Part shown: positions 51,345 to 62,305 of the stretch, one piece after another
How the letters are laid out: each line of letters opens with the position of its first letter
Numbering within the stretch: the first letter of the stretch is position 1
NCBI RefSeq assembly: GCF_018350175.1
Contig: NC_058368.1
Coordinates: 80,230,001-80,294,000, forward strand
Length of the DNA stretch: 64,000 nt
Direction: 5' to 3'
Source: Felis catus
Taxonomy: Eukaryota
Position numbers and translations under genes: made by a program
Notes under the pieces: model-generated
What the model saw: the letters and a program-made list of their open reading frames with translations, nothing else
Databases searched by the model: none
Told to the model about the DNA's origin: nothing

Positions 51345-51760
51345 GTTATGGGGAAGTTGTGTCTCCCAAGATATGTTAAGTCTCAACCCCCAGCACCTGT
51401 CAGTGTAACCGTATTTGGAAGCAGAGTCTTTGGAGACGTTCAAATTATGATAAGGTAATCAGAGTGGGCCTTAGTTCAATAGGACTGGTGTCCTTGTAAG
51501 AAGACTCGAGTACCATGACCTGAGGACACTCACAGGAAGAATGCCATGTGATGACACAGGCAGAGATTGTAGTGATACAGCTGCCAGGCAAGGGACGCCC
51601 AGGATGATAGGATGATGCCACCGAGAGAAGCTACAGAGGGCAAGGCTCGATCGTAGACTTCTGGCCTTCAGAACCATAAAACAAGAAATTTCTCTTGTTC
51701 TGTGTCCCCCTCTCCCGGGGTGTGGCAATTTGTTATGGGAGCCCCAGGACACTAACAGAG
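51345..51760 (+). mobile_element. MaLR LTR (MLT1B/C-like)
   Basis: ccccagcacctg..tatttggaa..gactggtgtccttgtaagaaga..tgtggcaatttgttatgg. Confidence 0.7.
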
Positions 51761-51843
51761 TGCCACTGCCATCATCTCCTGGCCACGACGGCGCTTCAAG
51801 CAGAGTGTGTGGGCAGGCAAATTCTGAATCCGTTTCTAAGGCA

Positions 51844-52243
51844 TGTGGTGTCTAAACGTGGTGTCTCTCCCGGTGGGATGGGGGCCCCCAAACGTGAGGC
51901 TATGATGGGGGTGGAAGCCAGGGGCGAGGGAAGTGAAAGAATTCACCTGAGGCAGAGCAAAGGGGATGCACGTTTGCATACAGGGCAAGGGAGCAGCGGC
52001 TGTCTGCAAGGAGACAGTGGGTAGGGGCTACTTTAAAGGGGGAAGACGAGGTATGGCAACGCATGCAATTCTCCCTGTTTGCGTAACTGCGCCTGGTTGT
52101 AAGTAGCCCGTTGGTCAGTTAGGGGCTACGGCTGTCCTGAGGTGGGTCTCCTGATGGGCCTGTGCGTATTCAGCCAGGGGGTCGCCGTGGACCCTTTCTG
52201 CATTCCACCGCTCAAGCCTGTTTCCCTAAAAGAGGCCTCCACA
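51844..52243 (-). mobile_element. Solo LTR, 400 bp
   Basis: Inverted termini TGTGG...CCACA; perfect 5-bp TSD AGGCA (51839-51843 and 52244-52248); strand inferred from TATA/CCAAT-like order. Confidence 0.8.
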
Positions 52244-52802
52244 AGGCAGGCCCTCAGAAGGAGGGATGCGTCCGGGGGAACGAGGGGAGCGAGCCTGCCC
52301 TCCGGGTTTCTGACTCGAGCAGCTGCGATGGCAGAGCTCCGGCTTAAGGAGGCGGGGAGCCTGGCGGGGGCCACCGAGCTGGACGAACCAGTCTGGGAGT
52401 CCAGGGGAGAGGTCGGACACATGAGGGACTGAGCTGCGCAGAGATGCTCCTCCGGACCCTCCACCTGCTTTCCAAAAGCGAAGGGTCTGTCAACGAAGCA
52501 GCGTGCTGCCCCACTTCCCATAATGCTCCCCGCCCAAAATAGGAACAACAAAAACAACCCAAACCCCCAATCACTACGGCGCATGCTGATGCCCTAACCT
52601 GCTTTCAGGCAAAACTCCAGGCGTCCGGAGCTGGGGCCCTGCTGGGTTGGGCATTGAGCTTGTCAATCATGGGAGACCAACTATGACTGGTGGAGGCTGG
52701 CCTGTGGGGCGAGGCCGGACTGAGCGCCTGCTTCCGGGACGGCGCGGGCCGCCGTATTTCCGGCGGCGGCGCGGGGCGGGGCGCGAGCCCGGAAATCCGT
52801 CG

Positions 52803-52848
52803 ATGGCCGTGGGTCGCGTCTGGGTGGCTGCCCGGGTCTGCCGGCGAG
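52803..52848 (+). CDS. NAXD: NAXD exon 1a, mitochondrial presequence (MAVGRVWVAARVCRR-)
   Basis: ATG at 52803; Arg-rich peptide with no acidic residues; strong donor G|GTAAGG; 46 nt, phase 1 compatible with exon 2. Confidence 0.9.
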
Positions 52849-52874
52849 GTAAGGTCGCTATCGGCCTTGCGGGC

Positions 52875-52974
52875 ATGGCCACTCGGGCGGGGGCCGGGGC
52901 TGTGGTCGCCGGCGCGGCCGTGGTCGCGTTGCTGTCGGCCGCGCTCGCGCTCTACGGGCCGCCGCTGGACGCAG
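52875..52974 (+). CDS. NAXD: NAXD alternative exon 1b, signal peptide/ER isoform (MATRAGAGAVVAGAAVVALLSAALALYGPPLDA-)
   Basis: ATG at 52875 in good context (ggcATGg); hydrophobic core; donor G|GTACCT; 100 nt, phase 1; resembles the known signal-peptide CARKD isoform. Confidence 0.85.
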
Positions 52975-54206
52975 GTACCTGGCCGCAGGCGCTCGTCCGG
53001 ACGGGAGGCGCCGCCAAAAGCCGGGGACGACGCGGGGGCGTCGGGGGGGCCGGGCCAGGGCCAGCAGGCCGGTGGAGGTGGTGCAGAGTTTCCTCCGCGT
53101 CGCGGACTGGAAGTGCCGGAAGCGCTGGGCGAGGGGACCGAGCGGGTCCTGGGGCGCCTCGCGCAGCCCGGCCCCGGTGGGCGCGCCTGGGGCCCGGGTC
53201 GCATGCGGGGTTCACCCGAATGAACCCCCGAGGACCCAGCCCCGGCCTCGGCTGTTAAGTAGGACGGACGGTGTAAAAGGATTTAGGCGTGTAAAGAACA
53301 AGCGTGTCCCAGTCGGAGCCCCGTATCCCCTCGAGGGGTTTTCCTCTCTGCCCTGTGGATGTTTATGTACGTTATTTGTGTTTGTGTAAGATACAGGAAT
53401 ATATTTTAAACCGTGAAAGAGCTTGTATATTGTATTTTCTCACTTCTCACAACACGGTGGAGACATTTGTTTATCCGCCTTTGTGTGGAAGAGGCTCTGA
53501 GAAAACGAGAATTACGCAAGCCACGGTTCCCTAGCCAGTAAGTAACTGAAGTGGTAAAATTTACTTTTGCTGTAATAGTCATCAGACGGATTTTACCAAA
53601 GGCGTGTACATAGTTGAGCCTGCCACAGAATAACCTAAGGAGTTTTGGGCTTTTTTTTTTTTTCTGCACGGTAGTTGACACACAGCATGAAGTCGTGTTG
53701 ACACACAGCATGCCATTAGTTTCAGGTGCCAAATGCATAAGGGGCCTCTGGTCACAGTTTGTTCAGAGACTTTTTACTGGTAGCCCTTTCTCCTAAATTT
53801 GTACCCTGTGATGAGTTAGTATTTCTCTTGGAGTTTGAAGATTCATTACTAAGCCGACCTGCTGAACTTTTACCAAAACACAGGTGGAGTTCTCTAGCAC
53901 TGACCCCTTGTGCTGGCTTTAGGGCATCTCTGTTATTGTCCAGAATGCTGTCAGGTGCAGGGACTACAAATTACGACGGGTCTCATTAGTGTAAAGGCAC
54001 GGTGGGCACAAAGAGACATGTTATCAGGGAGGGTCGTTGGCGGTACCTAATTCCAGAAAACAGCCCAAGCTTATGAAATCCGTTCAGTTCTCCAGTTCTC
54101 CAGTCGGCCTCAGCCACTTCCTTAAAACAAACAAAAAACGGGCAGGTTTGACCTGTTCTTCCAGACTTAGAATTGTCGTGAAGACCAGGTGACTTAATTG
54201 GATTAA

Positions 54207-54416
54207 TTTTTTTTTTTTTAACATTTATTTGAGAGAGAGAGACAGACAGAGCATGAGCAGGGGAGGGGCAAAGAGAGAGGGAGACACAGAATCCCAAGCA
54301 GGCTCCAGGCTCCAAGCTGTCAGCACAGAGCCGGACGCGGGGCTCAAACTCACAAACCGCAAGACCATGACCTGAGCTGGTCAGACGCTTAACCGACTGA
54401 TCGACCTAGGCACCCC
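54207..54416 (-). mobile_element. CAN-SINE (NAXD intron 1)
   Basis: TSD ttaattggat. Confidence 0.9.
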
Positions 54417-55216
54417 TTAATTGGATACATTTGGAATCGCCTTTGGTCAAGGCCTTTTTCTCCTGCAAAATTTTGATGTTTCTATTTAAATATTTCTGTG
54501 GACAACCCCGAACGGGGTCTGCCCCCGGTAAGCCAGCTGAAACCGATTAACTGCCAAGTGTAAGGAAATGTAACTGACCTTGGTTTGGCCCTCAGGTGGA
54601 TGGGGCGGGTGCTGGTGAGCAGCGTGGATTTACTGGTTCACGAGTAAAAATGCCATACTTCCCGAGTGGTTTTATTCCCCAGTCCCTAATGGTTATGGGG
54701 GCAGTTGAGACAGGTTTGATCATCTCTGTCTCGTCTTTTGGTTGGTGTGGTGACTATTTGGTTAAAGAAAAACGATTTGCCTTAAAACGGCAGCATTTTG
54801 GTACAGCGGTGTCTTCTGGCCTGGCTTACCTGTCACTAACCCAGGTGTCCTCACAGGCCTGTCTCCCTGGGCTCCAGTGTCCTGGTCTATAAGCGGACAG
54901 ACTGGCTTCTAATGAGAATAAACCAACATGCTTTGAATCATCCAACGTCTATGGAGTGTCTTGCTCTGTGCCACTCTAAGGTGGTTGGGGGTGAGGGGAC
55001 CCCTAGCCTGAATCTGTAGGTGGGGCTGAACCATGTTCTGTGTAGGCAAAGGGCTGTGGGGTGGCCTTAGGAGTATTTTGTGTGTGGCTAAGTCCTTAGC
55101 ATAAAGTTACGGTCCCTGATAAACCACAACATTGTCAGGAACCCAGAACAACCCTTGAATGACTGGTAAGTTTGGATTGTGCTTTTACAATTCTAGACTT
55201 TAAAAAGCAACCATAG

Positions 55217-55420
55217 GGGCACCTGGGTGGCTCAGTCGGTTAATGGCCCGACTTTGGCTCGGGTCATGATCTCAGGGTTCATGGGTTCGAGCCCCGCGTT
55301 GGGCTCTGTGCTGACAGCTTGGAGCCTGGAGCCTGCTTTGGATTCTGTGTCTCCCTGTCTCTCTGCTCCTCCCCCACTCACACTCTGTCTCTCCTTCAAA
55401 AATAAATAAATTTTTAAAAA
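55217..55420 (+). mobile_element. CAN-SINE (NAXD intron 1)
   Basis: TSD taaaaagcaac. Confidence 0.9.
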
Positions 55421-55910
55421 ATGTAAAAAGCAACTGTATTTCTTGATGTGGGGAATTTGAAGGAGTGGCCGTTCTTTGATATTCTTGTGTTGTCCAGTCC
55501 GATCCTTACGTAGATGTACTAACGTTTGGAACACAGAGCAAGCATTTTCATGACCGTGTGGATTGCTCTCGAGCAGTGATTTGTCACCACATGTGACTGT
55601 AATGGCTCTAGCTCCCTTCATGCAGCTCACCGGGGGTGCCCACGAGAAGACTGTGCAGCCCGAAGATTTGGGGTGTGGACAGGCAGCGCCTCTGGGAGGT
55701 GGCACTGTGTACACTCCCCGGGACTTTGGAAGCACAGGGGTCATCGGGCTGGGGCTGTCCCTGAGCAAGCCCACTTGTGCCTTTTCTTGGCCAGAGGTTT
55801 ACAGTGATTCTGTTTTGAGTCTTAGCTTGTGTTGGTTTGCAAGAAGGTAGAAAGTATGGGGCTGACAGTTAAAAATCACCTTATTATTTAGAATGCCATT
55901 TCTAGGTTGC

Positions 55911-56105
55911 TTTTTTTTTTTAATTTTTTAAAGTTTATTTTGAGCGACAGTGCACACGGGAGGGGCAGAGAGAGAGAGAGAGGGAGAATCCTAAGCAGGC
56001 TCTGCCCCATCAGCGCGTTGGCTTGAACTCACAAACCATGAGACGATGACTTGAGCCGAAATCAAGAGTGGGACACTTAACCTACTGAGCCACCCAGGCG
56101 CCCCC
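55911..56105 (-). mobile_element. CAN-SINE (NAXD intron 1)
   Basis: Reverse-complement body; TSD-like ccatttct.g. Confidence 0.88.
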
Positions 56106-56558
56106 CATTTCTGGACTATTGAATTTGTATCCAACTGAGTGTCAGAAGCATGACTGGCAAATTGGGAGTAATGTGAATCTCAGACTTGAATGTGACCGTG
56201 AAAGGTAACAAGTGGGAAGTTGCTTTTCCAGTTTGAGAGAAAAGACTTAAAGGAGGATTGAAGTGGAATGTGTATAGTTCATTAAGTAGGAATGCATTAA
56301 AAACATTTTCTGAAAGATTAGCTAGACTTCAAAATGATACATTTCAGAAACAAATTTGATAATGTACAGCTTGTGTTTTGTGTTGTAATTTCTAACATTT
56401 GCTTATAGAAATAAAATAAGCCTTTGGATAAAAATCTAGCATTGATATTAAGTCAGCTTTGTGAGGTGTTTTGGTTAACAGGCTATCTTGTGTCCGTCTC
56501 TTTTGTGTATGCCGATGGATACTTATTTTTCTAAATAATTTGTTTTCCTGTTTTTCAG

Positions 56559-56709
56559 TTTTAAGAAGAGCATTTTCATTGCATAAACCACACTCAATAA
56601 CGGAGATGGAAAATACTTTACAGCTGGTGAGGAATATCATCCCTCCTCTAACCACCAAGAAGCACAAAGGTCAGGACGGAAGAATAGGTATAGTCGGAGG
56701 CTGCCAGGA
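56559..56709 (+). CDS. NAXD: NAXD exon 2 ([51 protein letters not shown]); internal Met at 56606 is the likely cytosolic start
   Basis: tttttcag acceptor; GA|GTAAGT donor; [13 protein letters not shown] motif of the YjeF-C/CARKD family. Confidence 0.96.
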
Positions 56710-57204
56710 GTAAGTGACTTGGACCACGTTAGCGTGTCAACAACCTCTGTTACCTGGCTGTCTGCCTCCTTAGCGGCCCGCCATCTGTCCAGTTAGACCC
56801 CAGTAATCATCTCTAAATGTAGTTCCATGTTACAACACTCGGTATCTTTCAGTGATGAGCTTTTCAGTGATGAGCTTCTTGACCGAATAGGAGAAAACAG
56901 GCCCTGAGTGTGCGGTCCGCGGGGGTTGTGTCAGTGTTACGATTTTGCCTGTGGTGGAGGCTGAGGCTGTTTTTTCTTGCCTTACCCTTGTCTGTATGGA
57001 CCAGGCTCCATGCTACAAACAGGTATTACTTTGTAATCAGGATAAAAACAGCATGTGTTTGGTGTACTTTGTCAATTTGAAGATGTTCGTGGGAGTCATT
57101 AATGAAATTAGAGCCTACCCTTTTCTCATGGCCCGGTCTCTCTTCTGGTTTTATATATTTTGCCGCTGAGTTATTCGACGCATAACATTTTGTAATTTGT
57201 CCTT

Positions 57205-57403
57205 GTTTATTAATGTTTATTTATTTTTAAGAGTGAGAGACCGCATGCGAATGGGGGAGGAGCAGAGAGAGAGAGGGAGACACAGAATCCAAAGCAGGTT
57301 CCAGGCTCCCAGCTATCAGCACAGAGTCTGATGCGGGGCTTGAACTCACTGATGGGGAGCCGAAGTTGGACGCTTGACTGACTGAGCCCCCCACAGACGC
57401 CCC
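57205..57403 (-). mobile_element. CAN-SINE (NAXD intron 2)
   Basis: Reverse-complement body. Confidence 0.85.
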
Positions 57404-58761
57404 TATTATACTTTCAAATGTAGCTGGTGGCTGCCTTTTCTACCTACTGTGAATTAAAAATGCCTCTGGGGAGAGTGACCACGTGATCTAAGAATTCCTA
57501 GAGAGCTCTCACTGCTGACTGTCACTTTGTGTATTGCCACTTACACTGCTGTCTGCTTCCTGCCTGGCCTGGTGGGCTGCAGTTAGGGTAGGAGTCCTTG
57601 GCTTCTTCTGGCATGTTCTTTGTGCAGAGTGTGCAGGGGGCCCATGGAGGACTTGCACACCCACGGTGTCTTGCTAGGCAGGCTGAGTTGCGCCTTGGCC
57701 GAGGTGGCAGCGATTTTCTCTGGTAATCCACGCACGTGATCATATTGTCCTCTAGCCTCCACTCTGCACCTTAAAAGTTCACCTTAATCTGTAAGTAAGT
57801 AATTTACTCTTGCTTGGCTGTTTGTAAGGTTTTCTTTTTTTTTTTTTTTTAGAATTCTGCAGTTTTCTCCAGATGTGTCTGGGTGTGTCTTCTTTTCAAT
57901 AATGTTGAGATTTGCTGAGTGCTTTCTGTCTGTAGACATGATCCCTTTGGATGGGGGAAGTTTGCCTTTTACTGGCTTTCATCTCGCACCTGGTTCTCTT
58001 CCTGCTACCGCATGTTGGACTCTTGGATCACTAGCTCTTAGCTGCCTTTCTTCCTTTAGGCCCCCAGCCTAAAGGACAGCCCTCCTCCGGCCTCTGGGAT
58101 GGAGGCCCCTGCCAGGCCCTTGGGTCCCGGCCCCCTTGAGAGTGTTGAGCATGTCGGGGGTTTTATTCCTCAGATCCCCTCCATCTCTGGCTTTGTATTT
58201 TGGGACGTTTGCATGGGAAGAACTGGTCTTCAGGTTTTCTTTTTAGATAGTCTGGTAGTGTGGTGTGCTAGGGGGTAATTATCTAATTTAAAATCTGCCC
58301 ATTAGCTTTAGGAACTAACCTTTAAAGTAGGATCCTCTTCATTCTGGTTAGAAAAGCATCATGTACTTGTTTATAAAAATTCAAACACTTCAGAGATGTG
58401 TGAAGTGACAGCCTTATGGTACCCCACATGATAATACAGTATGGACACATTGTTAGCCTTCCAGATACTAGTGTGTGTGCTGCCACCAGCAAGCATCCCC
58501 CGCCCCTCTGCCCTGTGACTGTGGGCAGCTTCTGCTGGGCAAGTAGGCAAGCTGGTTTTCGTTGTTTTGTGTCCTCGTTGTGGGGTGGGCCAGAGAGGGT
58601 GTGTGTGTCCTGCCTTGTGCTCCCGGCTTGTTGGCGGCCCTGCTCTGGGAGAGTGTCTCGTGTAGAGAGTCCTCAGTCTTTTTCCTAGGTTCCCTTCACT
58701 GTTCGGGATTGATGTAAAGGTTACACTAGTCCGATGACAAGTTCAAGAATTTTCCTCTCTA

Positions 58762-58962
58762 GGGGCACCTAGGTGGCTCAGTAGGTTAAGCATCCAACTC
58801 TTGATTTTGGCTCAGGTCATGATCTCGTGGTTATGGGGTCGAGCCCCGCATCAGGCTCCTTGCTGAGTGTGGAGCCTGCTTTAGTTCCTCTCCTTCCTTC
58901 CACCCCTCTGCCCCCTCGCCCTTATGTGAATGGGTTCTCTCTCCCCTCTTCCCCCCCAAAAA
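58762..58962 (+). mobile_element. CAN-SINE (NAXD intron 2)
   Basis: TSD aagaattttcct. Confidence 0.88.
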
Positions 58963-59375
58963 AGAATTTTCCTTTCTGTGTTTGATGCAACCTTAAAAAC
59001 AGTTACAGGCATTCTGGAATGGTAGGGCAGAAGCAGGAGGAAGCTGTGTGAGTCTCGGTGCCTGATTGTGTTGTGCTCCCCTGCCCCTGGGGGTCTCCTG
59101 GCAGACCCTTCAGTGAGCTCACGTGGCCGCCTCTGTCTTCTGTGTGGGCACCGTGCTGCAGAGAGTGGCGGTCCTGATGTGGCACAAAGGTCTTATGTGA
59201 CACAGTGACTTGTCTGGTCGTGACCCATGTTTGCTGAAGTTCACTGAACATTTTCTGAGCACCTGTCAGGTGTTGGGCCTTGGGCCGTGTGATTCATGTC
59301 TTTGTAACCCTCTGATAAACCTGCTGTATTGCCTCCTTCCCAGAAGTTTCTGACTGTAAGTATCTTCCTTTTTAG

Positions 59376-59421
59376 GTACACGGGAGCCCCCTACTTCGCA
59401 GCAATTTCCGCTCTCAAAGTG
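59376..59421 (+). CDS. NAXD: NAXD exon 3 (YTGAPYFAAISALKV)
   Basis: tttttag acceptor; GTG|GTAGGT donor; conserved YTGAP motif; frame continuous. Confidence 0.95.
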
Positions 59422-59467
59422 GTAGGTCTGTTTACAGCTTCTCTGTCTAGTGAAGAGTTTGTCTTTG

Positions 59468-59675
59468 TCTTTTAAAGTTTATTTTTGAAAGGAAGAGAAG
59501 GAGACAGGGTCGGGGGGTGGGGGGCGGTGCAGAGAGAGGGGGAGAGAGAATCCCAAGCAGGCTCTGCACTGTCAGCACAGAGCCTGATTCAGGGTTTGAT
59601 CCCTTGAACTGTGAGATTATGACCTGAGCCAAAACCAAGAGTCAGACACTTAACCTACTGAACCCCCACATGCCC
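59468..59675 (-). mobile_element. CAN-SINE (NAXD intron 3)
   Basis: Reverse-complement body starting ~47 nt after the exon 3 donor. Confidence 0.88.
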
Positions 59676-60113
59676 CGAAAAGCACCTTGAAATCTATCCT
59701 GACCTTGTGCTGTGACCAAAGAACTGGGAGTTTTTAACTGAAGTTTCATTAGGACTGTACTTCAGTGCAGTCCTGGGACACCGCCTCTGTCCTGCCTTAA
59801 GCAGTTGGCGTCTTTACACCTCGCAATTTCCTAGGCCTTTGATCAAGTCCTAATAGCTCCGTCGGCACAGTATGAGTGAAATGTGCCCCCGCGGCCCTTA
59901 GGGTTACACAGCTGAATTGGTCTGGGTTGACCTGCCTCTTGGGGGGGAGGGGGCGCGGCAAAAGGCTTTCTCCGAAGACCTTTCCTTAGGGTCTGTCCTG
60001 CTCTGAGCCACCTCGTCCTAGTGTGGGGCCGCGGCGAGGGGCTTGTACGGACACCCCTTCGGTGCCTGCCGGGTGGGCCGTGCTTTGAATCCGCCCTTGT
60101 GCTTGTTTCTTAG

Positions 60114-60202
60114 GGTGCAGATCTATCGCACGTGTTCTGCACGCGGGAGGCTGCACCCGTAATCAAGTCGTACAGCCCGGAGCTGATCGTTCACCCCGTT
60201 CT
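60114..60202 (+). CDS. NAXD: NAXD exon 4 ([30 protein letters not shown])
   Basis: ttcttag acceptor; CT|GTGAGT donor; GADL and SPELIV motifs. Confidence 0.95.
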
Positions 60203-60599
60203 GTGAGTGGGGCCGCGCGGGTGGTTCGCAGCTTGTCAGGGGCTGCAGGCGCCTCTGCCCAGTGGCTGCTGTGCTGGGAGGTGACAGGAGGTGCCCTCAG
60301 GAGAGGGGACAAGGCCGTAAGGTCAGAAGCCCAGCAGCCATGTGTGTGCGGCGTGGGATGAGATTCAGGCCACCAGGGCCCTGTGCGCCATGGCTGTCAG
60401 AAAGGGCTGAGGCCTCCGGGGAGAGGTCGGGGCCTTGCCTGTGGCCACGCCCCCACAGCAGTAATGAGGAGCCCGTCGAACCGCAGTGGGGCCATTTCCT
60501 CATTCAGCAAATGCTTCCCCTTCCAGTCTCTGCCCTGCTTCCAGAGGGACAGCATAGGACCAAGCAGACAAAACACCTGCTTCTGTGCAGCTTCCTTTC

Positions 60600-60780
60600 T
60601 GGGACAGCCCTGTGCCCTAGAGCTTTCTGCAGTGATGAAAACGTTCTCCTTGCTGGTGACCACGCGTGGCTACCCAGCACTTAAAATGTGGCCAGTGGGA
60701 CTCAGAAGCTGAGCTTTTAATTAAACTTAAGTAGCCACATGGGGCTGATGTCTGTCCTACTGGGCAGCAAAGTCCTAGAG
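60600..60780. mobile_element. MER3-like DNA transposon relic
   Basis: ctttctgcagtgatgaaaacgttctc..cacgcgtggctacccagcacttaaaatgtggccagtg. Confidence 0.65.
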
Positions 60781-62196
60781 ACAGACAAGTAGGACAAGTG
60801 TGTCAGAGGGCGGTAAAGACCACGTGGAGAGCCAGGACAGGGGACGGAACACCACATGTCACATGGGGTGCACGCACGTGGCGTGTGTGTGCTTTTCCGT
60901 GGGGTGATCGTGAGCAGGGGCCCAGAGGGTGCGTTCAGGTAGGGCCCTGCAGACACGGGGAAGGGTTGATGCAACAGCTCAGGCTGCGGGGTGTTGGGGA
61001 GCAATAGGAGCTCCAGGTAGGGCAGGTGACCAGAGAGGTTCAGGGTCAAGCTTAGCAGGTTGTGGGGGTCATCACGAGGGTCTGGCTTTCATGTAAGTGC
61101 AGGGGGGCCGCTGGAGCCCCTGAGCAGGGCAACAGCCACATCCAGTGGATATTGTAACAGGCTCGTCTGGCTGCTGTGTTGACAGCTCTTGGGGCCCAGG
61201 GTGGAAGCAGGGGTTGCATGGGGGTGTCATAGGTGACAGTGAGTGATGGGTACGAGTAGGAGAAGGGGGTGGATTCACGGCACGTCTGAAAGTACAGCCC
61301 AGGGGCTGCTGACAGGTGGGATGCGGGGTAGAAGGAAAAGGGTTGTGAAGGCCGCCCTGGCTTCGGTCCAAGCTGGTTGTCCGTTAACAAGGTGGGGGCG
61401 TGGGGGAGCAGGTTCGGGTGAGCCTGACCGTCAGGGGCTGGCTTTTGGGTGTGTTTTCACCTGCCTGTCGGACATCCGAGCGCATTGCCATCAGGCACCG
61501 GACGAGACGGAGGTGGTCAGGGAAAGGTAAATCAGGGGTTGTTCACGTGTGGGAGAGGTTTAAAGCCAGGAGACAGGATGAGGCCACCCAGGAGTGCGTG
61601 TCAGCAGGTTCGGCCCAGCATGTGGACATCTGGGAGCAGAGGGGGGGCGGGGTGTTCTGGACAACCGCACCCTCTTGGAAGTGCCTGCGTCCCTGCAGTC
61701 AGTCAGTCACACAAAGACTAAGCACGGCTGCTTGGGGCTCACAGTGGGGTTGTTCTGGGTAAGGCTTTACATGGTGGGTTCCAAGAGTCTAAGAGCGAGA
61801 TGATGGGTGGGAAGGAGTGACACAAGTGCCTCCAGCTGTCAGGTCTTGTGCTAAGTGAAGGCGCTTTTCCGTTGTACAGGGTCCCCCGGGCGCCTCCTGC
61901 GAGTGATGGAGACAGACGGGTTCCTTCCCGAGGGCAGAGATGGTTATGAAGGAGCCACGTGTCTTGTCTGGCTTATCGTAGATGTTGAGAGCTAGGTGTC
62001 CGCAGCTGGGTGTTCTGGGGAGAACCCGTGTGCGGAGGAGGCCGGGGAGGCTGGTGGCTGGATGCCGGGTGCAGTCCCGGCACAGAGAAGGAACTCGGAA
62101 TAAGAACGGGGGAATCCAGAAGAACGTGTGGTCTCCCTAAAGGGTAAGCCAGCACGTGCAGACTGTAAGTGCTCTGCCCTTCTTTTCCTTGCGCAG

Positions 62197-62305
62197 CGAC
62201 AGCCCCAGTGCCGTGCGGGACGTGGAGACATGGTTGCCCCGACTGCACACCCTGGTGGTAGGACCCGGCCTGGGCAGAGACAACGTTCTTCTCGAAAACG
62301 TTAAG
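62197..62305 (+). CDS. NAXD: NAXD exon 5 ([36 protein letters not shown]); gene continues past the window
   Basis: Pyrimidine tract plus cag acceptor; AAG|GTAACG donor; GPGLG motif; cumulative 441 nt in frame from the exon 1a ATG. Confidence 0.95.

Larger units (their letters stand above)
52690..53250 (+). promoter_or_regulatory. NAXD CpG-island promoter
   Basis: CpG-dense; GC box ggggcggggc at ~52773; ETS-like CCGGAA sites at ~52731, ~52756 and ~52789 just upstream of the first ATG. Confidence 0.88.
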
